Shown one piece after another: positions 37,801-50,500 of a stretch of DNA of 64,000 bases. Where the stretch lies: positions 13,578,001-13,642,000 of the forward strand of contig CATNEN010000038.1 of NCBI GenBank assembly GCA_950097015.1, written 5' to 3'. Each line of letters starts with the position of its first letter. Position 1 is the first letter of the stretch. The stretch is from Macrostomum hystrix (lineage: Eukaryota; Animalia; Platyhelminthes). The notes below the pieces were generated by a model. The model saw nothing but the letters and a program-made list of their open reading frames with translations. It was not told the DNA's origin and ran no database searches. Both the position numbers and the translations under genes were made by a program.

Positions 37801-38679
37801 AGTCAGGTGTTAAACCATTTAAATTATGAACGTAAGATCAATATTGGCATTTGGATGTTATCAGTCTCCAATGAGCCCAGCTCTGATTTTAGTTTTTTGT
37901 CTGTACAGGTTTGTGTGAACTTGTTGTTTCCCCAATGCTACAATACTGTGTGTGCCGTTTATACTTTCGCATTGCGCTTTTTCCATTTTTGTATTGGACT
38001 CTTTTGAAAAAAGCAAACTGTATGTTTCTGCTGGCTTTCTCTGCACTACGAGTATAAATGCTTATGCTTGTGATTGTCACTGTTTTGTTGTGTTTGTATG
38101 TCAAACTTTATTTTCTAAGCTACATTATGTGCCTATCTTTGCATGCGACCTTGCTTGATGACAATATTTGCTATTCCACTGGTGGGTTGTTTCGTATTTT
38201 TTTGGTATCGGTTTTTTACAACAATTCCTTCTGTTCAATAAGTAATGTCCTACTCTAAACTTACTGATCCCGTCGAGTTGAAACTGAATTTTATCCTAAT
38301 TTTATCGATCATTACCTGTTGAAAAGTCTCTGTAGGTGTTTGTGCACTTTTATGAATGCCACGAAAGTAGGGAAAAGCTAATTTTCTCAGTTTTAACCTG
38401 TCTCTCCCCTATCTGCTCTGTTATTTTCTACCATTTTCGTCATTGTTCTCTCTCCCTATGGGTTCGTGTATAATGCGTGCGTTGCTTCCTGTATCTTGCT
38501 TTCCTCTGTTCATTTGCCTCAGTTGGCATTGTTTTTGGCTTTAGGTCACGTTTAGGTAAATTGGTCTCTACTTATAACATGCAGCTTGTGATTTTAGTTC
38601 TCTTAGACTGCCTCCGAACATTCTGTCCCTAGAGGGCCGCTTTTAGTAATTTTAACCTTCAGCTCCATTATTATATAGT

Positions 38680-38935
38680 AAAATCTGCATCCCATCGCCC
38701 TGAACCTTCATTTCCCCCCAATAGAACAATCTGCATCCCATCGCCCTGAACCTTCATTTCCCCCCTATAGAACAATCTGCATCCCATCGCCCTGAACCTT
38801 CATTTCCCCCCTATAGAACAATCTGCATCCCATCGCCCTGAAACTTCATCCCCCCCCCTATAGAACAATCTGCATCCCATCGCCCTGAAACTTCATCCCC
38901 CCCCCTATAGAACAATCTGCATCCCATCGCCCTGA
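38680..38935. repeat. About 44-bp minisatellite, about 6 copies
   Basis: Unit tagaacaatctgcatcccatcgccctgaaccttcatttcccccc. Confidence 0.9.
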
Positions 38936-39797
38936 GTTTTCTTAGGTGAGAAGTTTTCCCGCATCTGAGTCTTTTTAATAGCCTGTGACATGGATTTAGA
39001 TTCATTTCTATGTTTTAAATGAAACTGCTATGCTCTTGTTACAAACTCATTATTCCATTTCAATGTGTCCATTATTCGGGCACTGAATAGTACTCGCGCA
39101 TCAGATTTTATACAATGTCTTTTCTGATCGGAACCATTTTCGAGAATTTTATTATATGAGCAAACTATCATACGTTTTGATATTCGCTATGAGCTGGCTT
39201 TTGTATAAGTCTTTATTAAAGACTTGATAAATTGCCAAAAATTTTAGCCATTGCGTCCTAAGTTATTGGTTGCGTTACGCTGTACATTCACTCAGTATGT
39301 CATTTATCATTCTGTATCTAGCCTGAGATGTCAGCGAAATTTTCAGTTATGCCAGTTGTCAGTTAATCAGACTCCGAGTCTGACCTGATTGAGAATACGA
39401 AATCCGTTTGACAAGTAAACAGTGATACAGGCTCAAATGCACTGACCTCTTGCTCTCATTGTATAGTGAGATTTGGTTTATAAAGACAAGACTATGCTAA
39501 CAGACTGCATCTTAAAATCCTTCCATACAGGTTTTCTATTCGTTTGCTACGCTTTCGCTTCGATTGCTTTTGTTGTCGCCTTTTATCCATTCAGGACAGA
39601 GCAAATCAAAGTTCCCATTTTTACCGCATCTTAGGTGCGAGTACCTGGCTCATTTTATGTTGCGAAGTTTAATTTGGTAATCCTGAAGTCTGTTATAAAG
39701 ATATTGCTATATTTCGGGGATCGCTGATTGCGAAGTAAGAATATTCTCATGGTAATAAACTGGTGGAAACAAAGCTGAAAACCGTCCATAAAAGGGC

Positions 39798-42145
39798 CAT
39801 TCAAGCTTAGAATTTTAGGGGAATCCCGTCGCTAAAATAGGGACATTCAAGCTTAGAAATTGAGGGGAATCCTGTCGCTAAAATAGGGACATTCAAGCTT
39901 AGAAATTGATGGGAATCCCGTCGCTAAAATAGGACCATTCAAGCTTAGAATTTGAGGGGAATCCTGTCGCTATAATAGGGACATTCAAGCTTAGAAATTG
40001 AGGGGAATCCTGTCGCTAAAATAGGGACATTCAAGCTTAGAAATTGATGGGAATCCCGTCGCTAAAATAGGACCATTCAAGCTTAGAAATTGAGGGGAAT
40101 CCTGTCGCTATAATAGGACCATTCAAGCTTAGAAATTGAGGGGAATCCTGTCGCTAAAATAGGGACATTCAAGCTTAGAAATTGATGGGAATCCCGTCGC
40201 TAAAATAGGACCATTCAAGCTTAGAAATTGAGGGGAATCCCGTCGCTAAAATAGGGACATTCAAGCTTAGAAATTGATGGGAATCCCGTCCCTAACATAG
40301 GACCATTCAGGCTAATAAATTGAGGGAATCCCGTCGCTAAAATAGGACCATTCAAGCTTAGAATTTGAGGGGAATCCCGTCGCTAAAATAGGGACATTCA
40401 AGCTTAGAAATTGATGGGAATCCCGTCGCTAAAATAGGACCATTCAAGCTTAGAAATTGAGGGAATCCCGTCGCTAAAATAGGACCATTCAAGCTTAGAA
40501 ATTGAGGGGAATCCCGTCGCTAAAATAGGGACATTCAAGCTTAGAAATTGAGGGGAATCCCGTCGCTAAAATAGGGACATTCAAGCTTAGAAATTGATGG
40601 GAATCCCGTCCCTAACATAGGACCATTCAGGCTAATAAATTGAGGGAATCCCGTCGCTAAAATAGGACCATTCAAGCTTAGAAATTGAGGGGAATCCCGT
40701 CGCTAAAATAGGGACATTCAAGCTTAGAAATTGAGGGGAATCCTGTCGCTATAATAGGACCATTCAAGCTTAGAAATTGAGGGGAATCCTGTCGCTAAAA
40801 TAGGGACATTCAAGCTTAGAAATTGATGGGAATCCCGTCGCTAAAATAGGACCATTCAAGCTTAGAAATTGAGGGGAATCCCGTCGCTAAAATAGGGACA
40901 TTCAAGCTTAGAAATTGATGGGAATCCCGTCCCTAACATAGGACCATTCAGGCTAATAAATTGAGGGAATCCCGTCGCTAAAATAGGACCATTCAAGCTT
41001 AGAATTTGAGGGGAATCCCGTCGCTAAAATAGGGACATTCAAGCTTAGAAATTGATGGGAATCCCGTCGCTAAAATAGGACCATTCAAGCTTAGAAATTG
41101 AGGGAATCCCGTCGCTAAAATAGGACCATTCAAGCTTAGAAATTGAGGGGAATCCCGTCGCTAAAATAGGGACATTCAAGCTTAGAAATTGAGGGGAATC
41201 CCGTCGCTAAAATAGGGACATTCAAGCTTAGAAATTGATGGGAATCCCGTCCCTAACATAGGACCATTCAGGCTAATAAATTGAGGGAATCCCGTCGCTA
41301 AAATAGGACCATTCAAGCTTAGAATTTGAGGGGAATCCCGTCGCTAAAATAGGGACATTCAAGCTTAGAAATTGATGGGAATCCCGTCGCTAAAATAGGA
41401 CCATTCAAGCTTAGAAATTGATGGAATCCCGTCGCTAAAATAGGGACATTCAAGATTAGAAATTTATGGGAATCCCGTCGCTAAAATAGGACCATTCAAG
41501 CTTAGAATTTGAGGGGAATCCCGTCGCTAAAATAGGACCATTCAAGCTTAGAAATTGATGGGAATCCCGTCGCTAAAATAGGACCATTCAAGCTTAGAAA
41601 TTGAGGGAATCCCGTCGCTAAAATAGGACCATTCAAGCTTAGAAATTGATGGGAATCCCGTCGCTAAAATAGGGACATTCAAGCTTAGAAATTGAGGGGA
41701 ATCCCGTCGCTAAAATAGGGACATTCAAGCTTATAAATTGATGGGAATCCCGTCCCTAACATAGGACCATTCAGGCTAATAAATTGAGGGAATCCCGTCG
41801 CTAAAATAGGACCATTCAAGCTTAGAATTTGAGGGGAATCCCGTCGCTAAAATAGGGACATTCAAGCTTAGAAATTGATGGGAATCCCGTCGCTAAAATA
41901 GGACCATTCAAGCTTAGAAATTGATGGAATCCCGTCGCTAAAATAGGGACATTCAAGATTAGAAATTTATGGGAATCCCGTCGCTAAAATAGGACCATTC
42001 AAGCTTAGAAATTTAGGGGAATCCCGTCGCTAAAATAGGACCATTCAAGCTTAGAAATTGAGGGGAATCCCGTCGCTAAAATAGGGACATTCATGCTAGG
42101 AAAACGATCGGAATCCGTTGATAAAATATGAACATTCAAGCTTCG
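39798..42145. repeat. 45-46-bp satellite, about 51 copies, with 7-mer higher-order repeat
   Basis: Unit cattcaagcttagaaattgaggggaatcccgtcgctaaaataggga. The variant ccctaacat...caggctaataaat recurs at 40290, 40610, 40931, 41251 and 41754. Confidence 0.97.
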
Positions 42146-43099
42146 ACAATAAAGGAAATCCCTTTTTTGTATGGAATCACCGTTTCCAACTTGAAATCCT
42201 TAATGTTGAATCCTTATTTCTAAAATGAAGGAACCTATAATTGCGATCAGTTCCAGTTTTTTAGACAAGTAAATCCTTTTGCTTGAAATTCAAGTAGTAT
42301 AAGTACTATTTAAGTACTATATATTGACTTCTAAATTATAAAATCCCCAAATTAAAGAATGTAAATAATATCTCTGCAATGCTCCTGCGATGCAGCAAAG
42401 TTGATAGCAGCAAATATGAGCCTTTGTTATCGCAGTCTCATTGTTTATCTTGGCTGCATCCAGTTGTGCTTAAACTATTGTCTAACTGTCACTGCGTTCT
42501 CTCACTATTTGTTTTTTGAGTTGCCAATTTTGTGAAGCCTATCGACCTGTTTATCTCCTAGACACTGTTATCACCGTGCGTCCGTTTGCTTTTATGACTA
42601 TAAGTGTTTCATTTATTGATCATAATTTATATGCTGTTCCATTTAACGCATAAAGTATGTGCTAAGTATGCTTTGGATGAATTTTGAATGGGAAATAAAC
42701 TGCCTAATTTGTTTTATAATGCTTTTTCTAGGCCTGTCTGCTCTATTATTGCATCCGAGATTTTGAAACTTAAAACATTTGCTACGTGTAAACTTTTACT
42801 TGCCTACTTTTTACTTTTCTTCTATCTACATCTCGTTGATCGATTTCCATATGATGCCTCGGGCCGTCTGTTAAGATGGACATATTTTGGTATTTAATAT
42901 TCTTGCATGCAGTACGTAGCATAAATCCTTGAAGTTTCTAAGTAGCGAATTTCCTTCGAAAATGGCTACACCGGTATCTGGGTTTTGGGTAGGCGAGTGG
43001 ATCGTTCTCGTGGCTCACGAGACAAATTTACCTGCTTCTGTACTTCAGGTTTAGAGGTGAGTGTCACTGTAATTTTTTATGTTAAACTTGTTTAAGCTA

Positions 43100-43200
43100 A
43101 ACAGGATAAGGATGAATTGTTTATGGATTAGGATGAGCTGTTTATGGATTAGGATGAGCTGTTTATGGGTTAGGATGAGCTATTTATGGGTTAGGACACG
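43100..43200. repeat. 21-bp tandem repeat (ggatgagctgtttatggatta)
   Basis: About 4-5 visible copies. Confidence 0.8.
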
Positions 43201-44532
43201 TAGTTTCTGGTTTAATGGGTGGTGTTTCTGGATTAGTGTAAGGAGTTTCTTGTTTGAAATAATGTGTTTCTGGTTTAGATTTACTGCTTTAGGAGGTCAG
43301 TAGATCCTCATGAAAGGGATTAATTAAATTTAGAGCAAGGAAAAATAGCAAGCCCAGTTACTTAATTTGTTGTGAAACTGCTGCTTTCTTGGCGTGCTTG
43401 AGTAGCACTTTTAGCTAGTATTCGTAGTATATATTTGTACAGAATGTACACACAATGCCGCAAAAGTAAAGCGTCTCCGATCGAACATTTTGCGATTTGC
43501 GAATGCCGCATTTAGGATAAGAAAAACCAATTGTACTTGTTTGAATTCTATATATATGATTGCATTTTTCATGTGCATTTGCGTCAGACAGGTGTGACCC
43601 TGACTTCGCTGCCAAGATTAGTCACTTTAAACTTTATCGATTATCATCAAAAAAGCAATGAAGAAAAATAATATTTCCAACAATTTGATACAAAGCAATT
43701 ATCAGGCGAAGATGGTGCTAAAAGTACACGGGAAAATAAATCATAGCAAGTAGTAGCTCGTAAGAGGCGTGCGCAATTGTCTCTACTTACAGTAGGGTAG
43801 TTGATAATTAACCTCAATTTTGCGATGTCACTGGAAAAAACCAAAGATTCACATTGATGTGATTTGTACTAAAACAAGCTGAAAACAATAATTGGCTTGC
43901 TGGCCAATCGGCAGAAAAACGGTGAATGGCCTTTGTTCGATTATCTATCGGAAAGAGAAAATAATAAAAACTTGGCAAGGGTGTAAGCAGTCAGATTCGT
44001 GTAAAACAGTCGGTCAATCGGTCATGAGACAATGAAGAGAAAGAGCAATTTGAAGATCGCTCATCCAATCTCGCTGGAGAATGGACAATAAACGAGGTAC
44101 GTGATTAATTAGTTGGTCATTGATGCGTGGCATCACAACACTCAAAATCGAGTTTGCTTGTTCTGAACTGCCAATCATCTCATTTCTTTGGTTAATAAAA
44201 GTATCATGAATTGCGCGAATAAAGTACAGGCATAAAGCTCATAACACAGACTTTAAGATATTGATAATACGAGCGGAAATAAAATGGCAAAATAATATTT
44301 GGTAAGTTCAGAAAAGTTTTAATTAGCAATTTAAAACAAACTTCGACCGAGAAATGTATTTTTTTGATGGGCAAGAAGTACTTGTCTTTGACATCAATGT
44401 TCTGAATATTTTCCATGTCAGTTATTTATTATGCGAATAACTCACTGAAACACGAGATTCTTAGAACTGTTCCGTTGAGACTACTATCAGATTGGTTGTG
44501 TCTAAGGCGATTGCACGCACGTTTCATCCAGC

Positions 44533-47500
44533 TCACAGCTGTGAAAGCTGACTGACAGACGACAGCGACGCTGGCAGCGGCGGCGGTGGCAGCGGCAAAG
44601 ACCCCTGAGACGAGGCCTGTCGATGCAGCGGAGGAAATCCGGCTGTGGACGCAGCCGAAGTTGTCGGACAGAACTTGCCGTAGGAATGGCCGTACTGCAG
44701 CTGAGGCTGCTGCTGCTGCTGCTGCTGCTGCTGAAGCATGAGCCAGGACTCAGCGCCGATGAGCTGGGCTGAGCAACCGGCAGCACTGCCGCTGCCCCCG
44801 CCCAGGGTGCCGGCAGCATTATTGAAGTTGTAAGCGTTGTTATTTAGACTCTTGCCAACATTGTTGACGCTTTTGTGACTGCCGGCAGCCGGGTTGGCCA
44901 GGCGCCTCTGGCCGCAGCAGACACGGCCGAAAAACTCGCGCCAGGTGACGAGGGTCTTGCCGGACCAGATCCACACACCGCTGGTGATGCCAACCGCCAG
45001 CTGCATGAACTGGCGTAGCATGAAGATACCGAACTCGGGCTCCAGTCTGTGAAGCTGCTGCTGCTGGTTGCTAGGCGAGCCGCACCTGCAGGCCTTAGCA
45101 CGCAGCCAGGTGTCGCGCAGTTGAGCCTCATAGAAGTGGCAGGCGATGACCACGCAGGCCGGCAGGGTGTAGAGAACCGAGAAGATGCCGATGCGGATCA
45201 TGAGCTTCTCCAGCTTGTAGGTCTTGGCGCAGGCCTGCTGTTTGATGACCGAGCGAATGCGAAACAGGGCAACGAAGCCCGTCAGGAGGAAGACGGTGCC
45301 GAGCAGCAGGTAGGTGATGAGAGGCGCCAGCACGAACAGGCGCATGGCTGTCAGGTTGGTGTTGCCAACCGAGCAGATGCCGGAGATGGGGTCGCCGTCA
45401 ACTAGGGAGAAGGTTAGCACGAGGATGAACTTGGCTATGGGCAGCAGCCAGGCGAGGCAGTGGAATACCTGCGGACAAGATTCGGTGCGTCTGATAAATA
45501 AAAGGTTGCCTAATTCCCTTCGGCTGAACTAAATCAAAAGAATGTCAGGTTTACTAAATAACCTGTTAAAACCTGCTAAACAATCCTGTTAAAATGTGAG
45601 TTGTTCTCATCAAAAAACTATTTTTTAGCGGAACTTCTCCTTCGGAGGGAAGGTAATGAAACTCCCGTTGCCCAAGCTTTTAACAGTGAAAGTAGAACGA
45701 CACAAAAAAGAACTCCATCAACTTTAGATCTGCTGTGCCAGCAAAAACTATGAATATAATTTATAGTAAGCATCCACACCAAGTAGATCCTTGCCAGTTC
45801 AGCTGAAGACAACCCAATCGCTCACCTCGCTGTACTTGGCGATGGCCTCGCTGCCCCACTTGAGTCCGGCAGCCAGGAACCAGGCCACGCAGAGGGCCAC
45901 CCACCAGACGCAGCTGGCCATGCCAAACAGGTAAGTGAGCAGGAACACCACCGAGCACAGCCAGGGCCCGGAGGAGCCGTAGCGCAGCACGCGGCCGTCG
46001 CATCCAATTCCGTCCGGCCCGACCGCCAGGCGGATGATGTAACCAATAGAGACCATGACATAACAAGCCGACATCATCACGATGGGCCGCTCCGGGTAGT
46101 TGAACCTGCGCCGGTCCATCAGGAAGGTTATCAGGGTCATGGCCGAGCTGATCAGGCACACCACAGACCAGACGCCTGTCCAGGCAGTCGCGAACTGCCG
46201 CCTGCCACCGTCGTCCTCCCCGGCGCTTCCGCCGCCGAAGAAGTAGGCGCCCTGGCACGGCAGGGCGCAGTTGGGCACTCCCGCAGTTTGTACCCGGTTG
46301 AAATTGGCTTCGTTCTCCGTCAGGGACAGCAGCGGCGCGCGGCACTGGCAGTCGCACGGCTCGTCCGGCCACAGGACGGCGGCTGTTGGTAGCGGGGCGG
46401 CCAAAGTCGACGGCTCGTCCAAAACGGTCTTGGTGTGATTCACGTCCATGCAGAGGATGTCCGGGTCGCCGAATTCTTCAATCGGAAAGAGAGTGAGAGA
46501 GAAATTTAGCTGCGGCTACTACTTGCAGTAGAGTGAATCGCACCATTAATGTGTCGACGCCAAGCTCCGTGGAAACTGCACAAGTCCTTGTTCAGTTCAT
46601 AATTTACACCTAGAATTTGTGTTTTCGCATTTCACACTACAATGCCCTGCCAACAAAACAATGGCAACGGAAAGTCACGGCTGACGACTTTCTAAGAATG
46701 AAGAAGAAGGAAATTAATTGCGTGGACCCGTCCTCCGAGTCATTGTTCCCTTTTAATCGATCTTTCCACCCTGTTAAAGACTTCCCATTTAATAAACACC
46801 CCAGCGGAACATTTTTCTTCCTTTGTCTGTTCCCCCTCAATAAGTTTTGTTGGATTTTTCGCTTCGATTTCTTGTTCGCCCAAGGGGGCGCAAAGTGGAG
46901 CCGACTGTGGAGGTGGGGCGGGTGTGAGCCCCGCTAATTGCTCAGCGCTGGCAACTTCACCTTGTTCACACCGAGTCCAAGCTGTTTTAATAATTGCGCC
47001 CAGTTGGCAGGGGGAACATCTGTCGATCAGTTTTTCTTTATTCTTCCTCTTGTAGCTCTTATTGACGCAGTTCTAACAGAAGTGCTTCTTGAATGGGCTT
47101 GGACCCACTCTGCTTCAAGTCTCCGCCCAATCATAAGGCATGCTCATTCCAATCTGAAAGAGGAAATTAAATCACATTTCACTGCTTTTTCGGCTAGTTT
47201 TTCGTCAAGAGCCGGGCAAGGTGCAAATGAAAGTCGCCGAGGTGATTCAGGCTATGGGATCTATTAGGGCTGGCTATCTTTGGGAACAATCTTCCCAACT
47301 GTCACCTGTTGTCCGGTACATGTATATTGTGATTCCCTTGATGCGACCTAACTCCCATAGTTTCCCTCCCCATGCTCATCTATTACGTAATCATTGGAGA
47401 AGTTGCATTGTTGAGATCGCACCGTCAGATCGAATAAAAACACTCGACACGCAATGCAGGCCTGTCAACAGAGGCTCTGTTCAATCACTAATCCCCCAAT

Positions 47501-50500
47501 GCGCCCTCTAGACCTTGTTTTGCGCAACTTGTTGCTCACCAGACACGGGAGCTTTCCTAGAAATCTTGCCACCGGGGGAGCAACTGAGTAAAATTTGGGA
47601 AATCAAGGGAAAGGGGGAGAAAGTTGAGTTTGCTTGAGCTCACCTGGACATCCAAGAATTATTATAGATCCGCATCAGGTCTCAACCTGGTCCAACACTA
47701 AGCCTCTTATCATTTTCGTTTGGCCTTATCAGTACCCAGATCAGAACTCTGAAATGCACTGCCAATAAAGCCCATATGATTATGATAATTTGGGGAAATT
47801 TGTCTGTTTTATGGTAGGTAGAAGTACGTTTCGGAAAATAGGATTTCTTGGATCTATAGTCCAATGTCAAGTTTTGAAAAAACAGAATTATGAAATATGG
47901 GATTATTTAGGATTATTTAGGGATATAATCTGGTCTTCACTCACACTATTCTATTCCACATATATATTCCACATATATGCGAGCTATGTCGTCAGTCGCA
48001 CCTTGAGTTTTTCCCAATTCCTGTGCCCTGAAAGCCCCCAGCAGAAATGAGCCCAGACAGCAGTTCTCAAGCTTTTCTGAAGTGGGCTTTGAGCTCCACA
48101 AAAAATGGTTGAGTAGGGAGAACTGTACGGAACTAGCCGGCTGAAGATACGGAAAGAATATTTCCAGCCAGCCCCAAGGAAGTGCAGGAGTCGTCCGTGA
48201 GTGACAAAGGGAAAAGCATTTCCATTTTTTTCAACAAGCTTCCCTTCGCTGGAAGATTGTCGTCCATGTGGTGCGAACTATCTCTATAAAGTGAAGGTGT
48301 GAACTGAGAGCTGGGCCTGCAGATGCAGCCATTGTGTCGATCCAGAAGGAAGTGAAAGAGAGAAAAAGAGTTGAGTGGTCTGAGAACAATGGATCCCGTG
48401 AGCACCGACTGGTGAGGCAACTGCTGGGCGGGTGTTGCCTAGCTGGCAACTTGGGCTTTGAGAATAGCCACTCACGCGATATATGCTGTGAGCCGTGGGC
48501 CAGGACTGACTATAGAAGGATGAGTCATGACTTGTTTCATATGTTTTTTATTCCGCGAGCAAGAAGCGTGAGGCATCGATGAGCAGAAAAAAACTTTCTG
48601 ATCGAGTGATGCGTGCTTGGCTGATAGGGCTGTCTCCAATTCTGTCTTGTGAGTTTGTAAGCCGGTTCTTCTCAATTCGATAAACTGTCAAATAATATCT
48701 CTCAATAGTTATGGAACGATATTCTAGTAGATAGAAGGATCGATATCTTGATGGATAGAAGTATCATAAAGTGGTCTATGGATTAACTGGTGAAAGCTTT
48801 GCTAAACCAAAATTGATTGATAGAATGATAACAGTAATGGTTATTATAATAACAATAATAATAATAATAATAATAGGTGAGCAGTAGATGCAAAAGATGC
48901 AGCTATTGCAATGCGCATCTGAAGGCTGGTACGGCTGTTCAGTCCATGGACTGGGGAGACGCCACACCCACCCTCATTACCCCAGCTGATGCTGGTACCC
49001 ATTTAACAGCTGGGTGAACTGAAGCAATGCAGAGTTAAGTGAAGGAAGGAAGCGGGGCGGGGGAATCGAACTCCCGACCTTCAAGTCGTGATTCCATCGC
49101 TCTGACCGCTAGGCTACAACCCCTTGATTGTTTGAGCAATAGCATATCATAATTGGATAAGCGCATCCTACCCGGCAGCTTGGAGCAGTCGATCCTGTCG
49201 GGCCACCCGAAGCCGTACTGGCGCATCAGCGGAGCGCAGCCCCTCTTGGCCCGCTCGCACACGGAGCGGCAGGCGGGCAGAGGCCTATCGTAGTTCTGCA
49301 TGCAGATCGGCGCGTACATGCTGCACAGGAAGAAGCGCAGGTCCTGACTGCACCCGATCTCAACCAGCGGCCAGAATTGGTGCACCTGCGAATCGTTTCA
49401 CAGATTGCGGAGTTTCGGGCTGAGAATATCTATTAATTAGTTTTATTGACATAGGCACATTCCGTCTTGCAAGCCTAGAGTGTTTACTTGATACTGTACT
49501 CAGCTCGGCGCATTACTTGGAAAGCAATTCTATTTTTTCCGCCTGTCTCTCTGCCTCTTCCTTCTGACTCTGAGAGCGAGTGCAGCATGGGACAGGGCTC
49601 GGGAGAATTCGATGCTCAACTCTCACACAGGTTGCTGGGGCTGTTGCTTTCGCTTGCCTGCGTCTATACTCGTATTTTTGGCTTCGATCCAAAAAAACTG
49701 CCTTCGAAAATTGGTCTGCGCAGCCGGGGTTGGGACGCGAGACTCACGATGGAGTGGCGAAAAGCAAATTGTCAATTTTGCATAACACTGTGCCTATCTC
49801 CCTCTGTCCTGTGCGAAAGTTTGCCTTGGCATTCACAATCTCTAGTGTGCTACTCTAGAGTCTAGATCATTTTGCTACAGCTACAGTGGTAACTTGTAGG
49901 GGCAGCTTCTGTGCACTCTTAAAGTGAACCTGCGTTCCATTTGCTACCTTAACTATTGTGGACCTTCGAATATAGGTTCTTGTGAATCTTCCGCTCCCAA
50001 TCTGACATGGATTCTTGTGGATCTTCCGCTCCCATCTGACATGGGTTCTTGTGAATCTTCCGCTCCCATCTGACATGGATTCTTGTGGATCTTCCGCTCC
50101 CATCTGACATGGATTCTTGTGGATCTTCCGCTCCCATCTGACATGGATTCTTGTGGATCTTCCCCTCCCATCTGACATGGATTCTTGTGGATCTTCCGCT
50201 CCCATCTGACATGGATTCTTGTGGATCTTCCCCTCCCATCTGACATGGATTCTTGTGGATCTTCCGCTCCCATCTGACATGGATTCTTGTGGATCTTCCG
50301 CTCCCATCTGACATGGATTCTTGTGGATCTTCCCCTCCCATCTGACATGGATTCTTGTGGATCTTCCGCTCCCATCTGACATGGATTCTTATGGATCTTC
50401 CGCTCCCATCTGACATGGATTCTTGTGGATCTTCCGCTCCCATCTGACATGGATTCTTGTGGATCTTCCCCTCCCATCTGACATGGATTCTTGCGGATCC

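Noticed and set aside
47200-48700. Faint RT-like motifs (HMDDNL); similar traces at about 17800-18350 and 52850-53600
   Set aside because: Too degraded to assign without a database search.
49050-49123. tRNA gene on the minus strand
   Set aside because: It continues directly into a SINE core and tail, so it is the SINE head.
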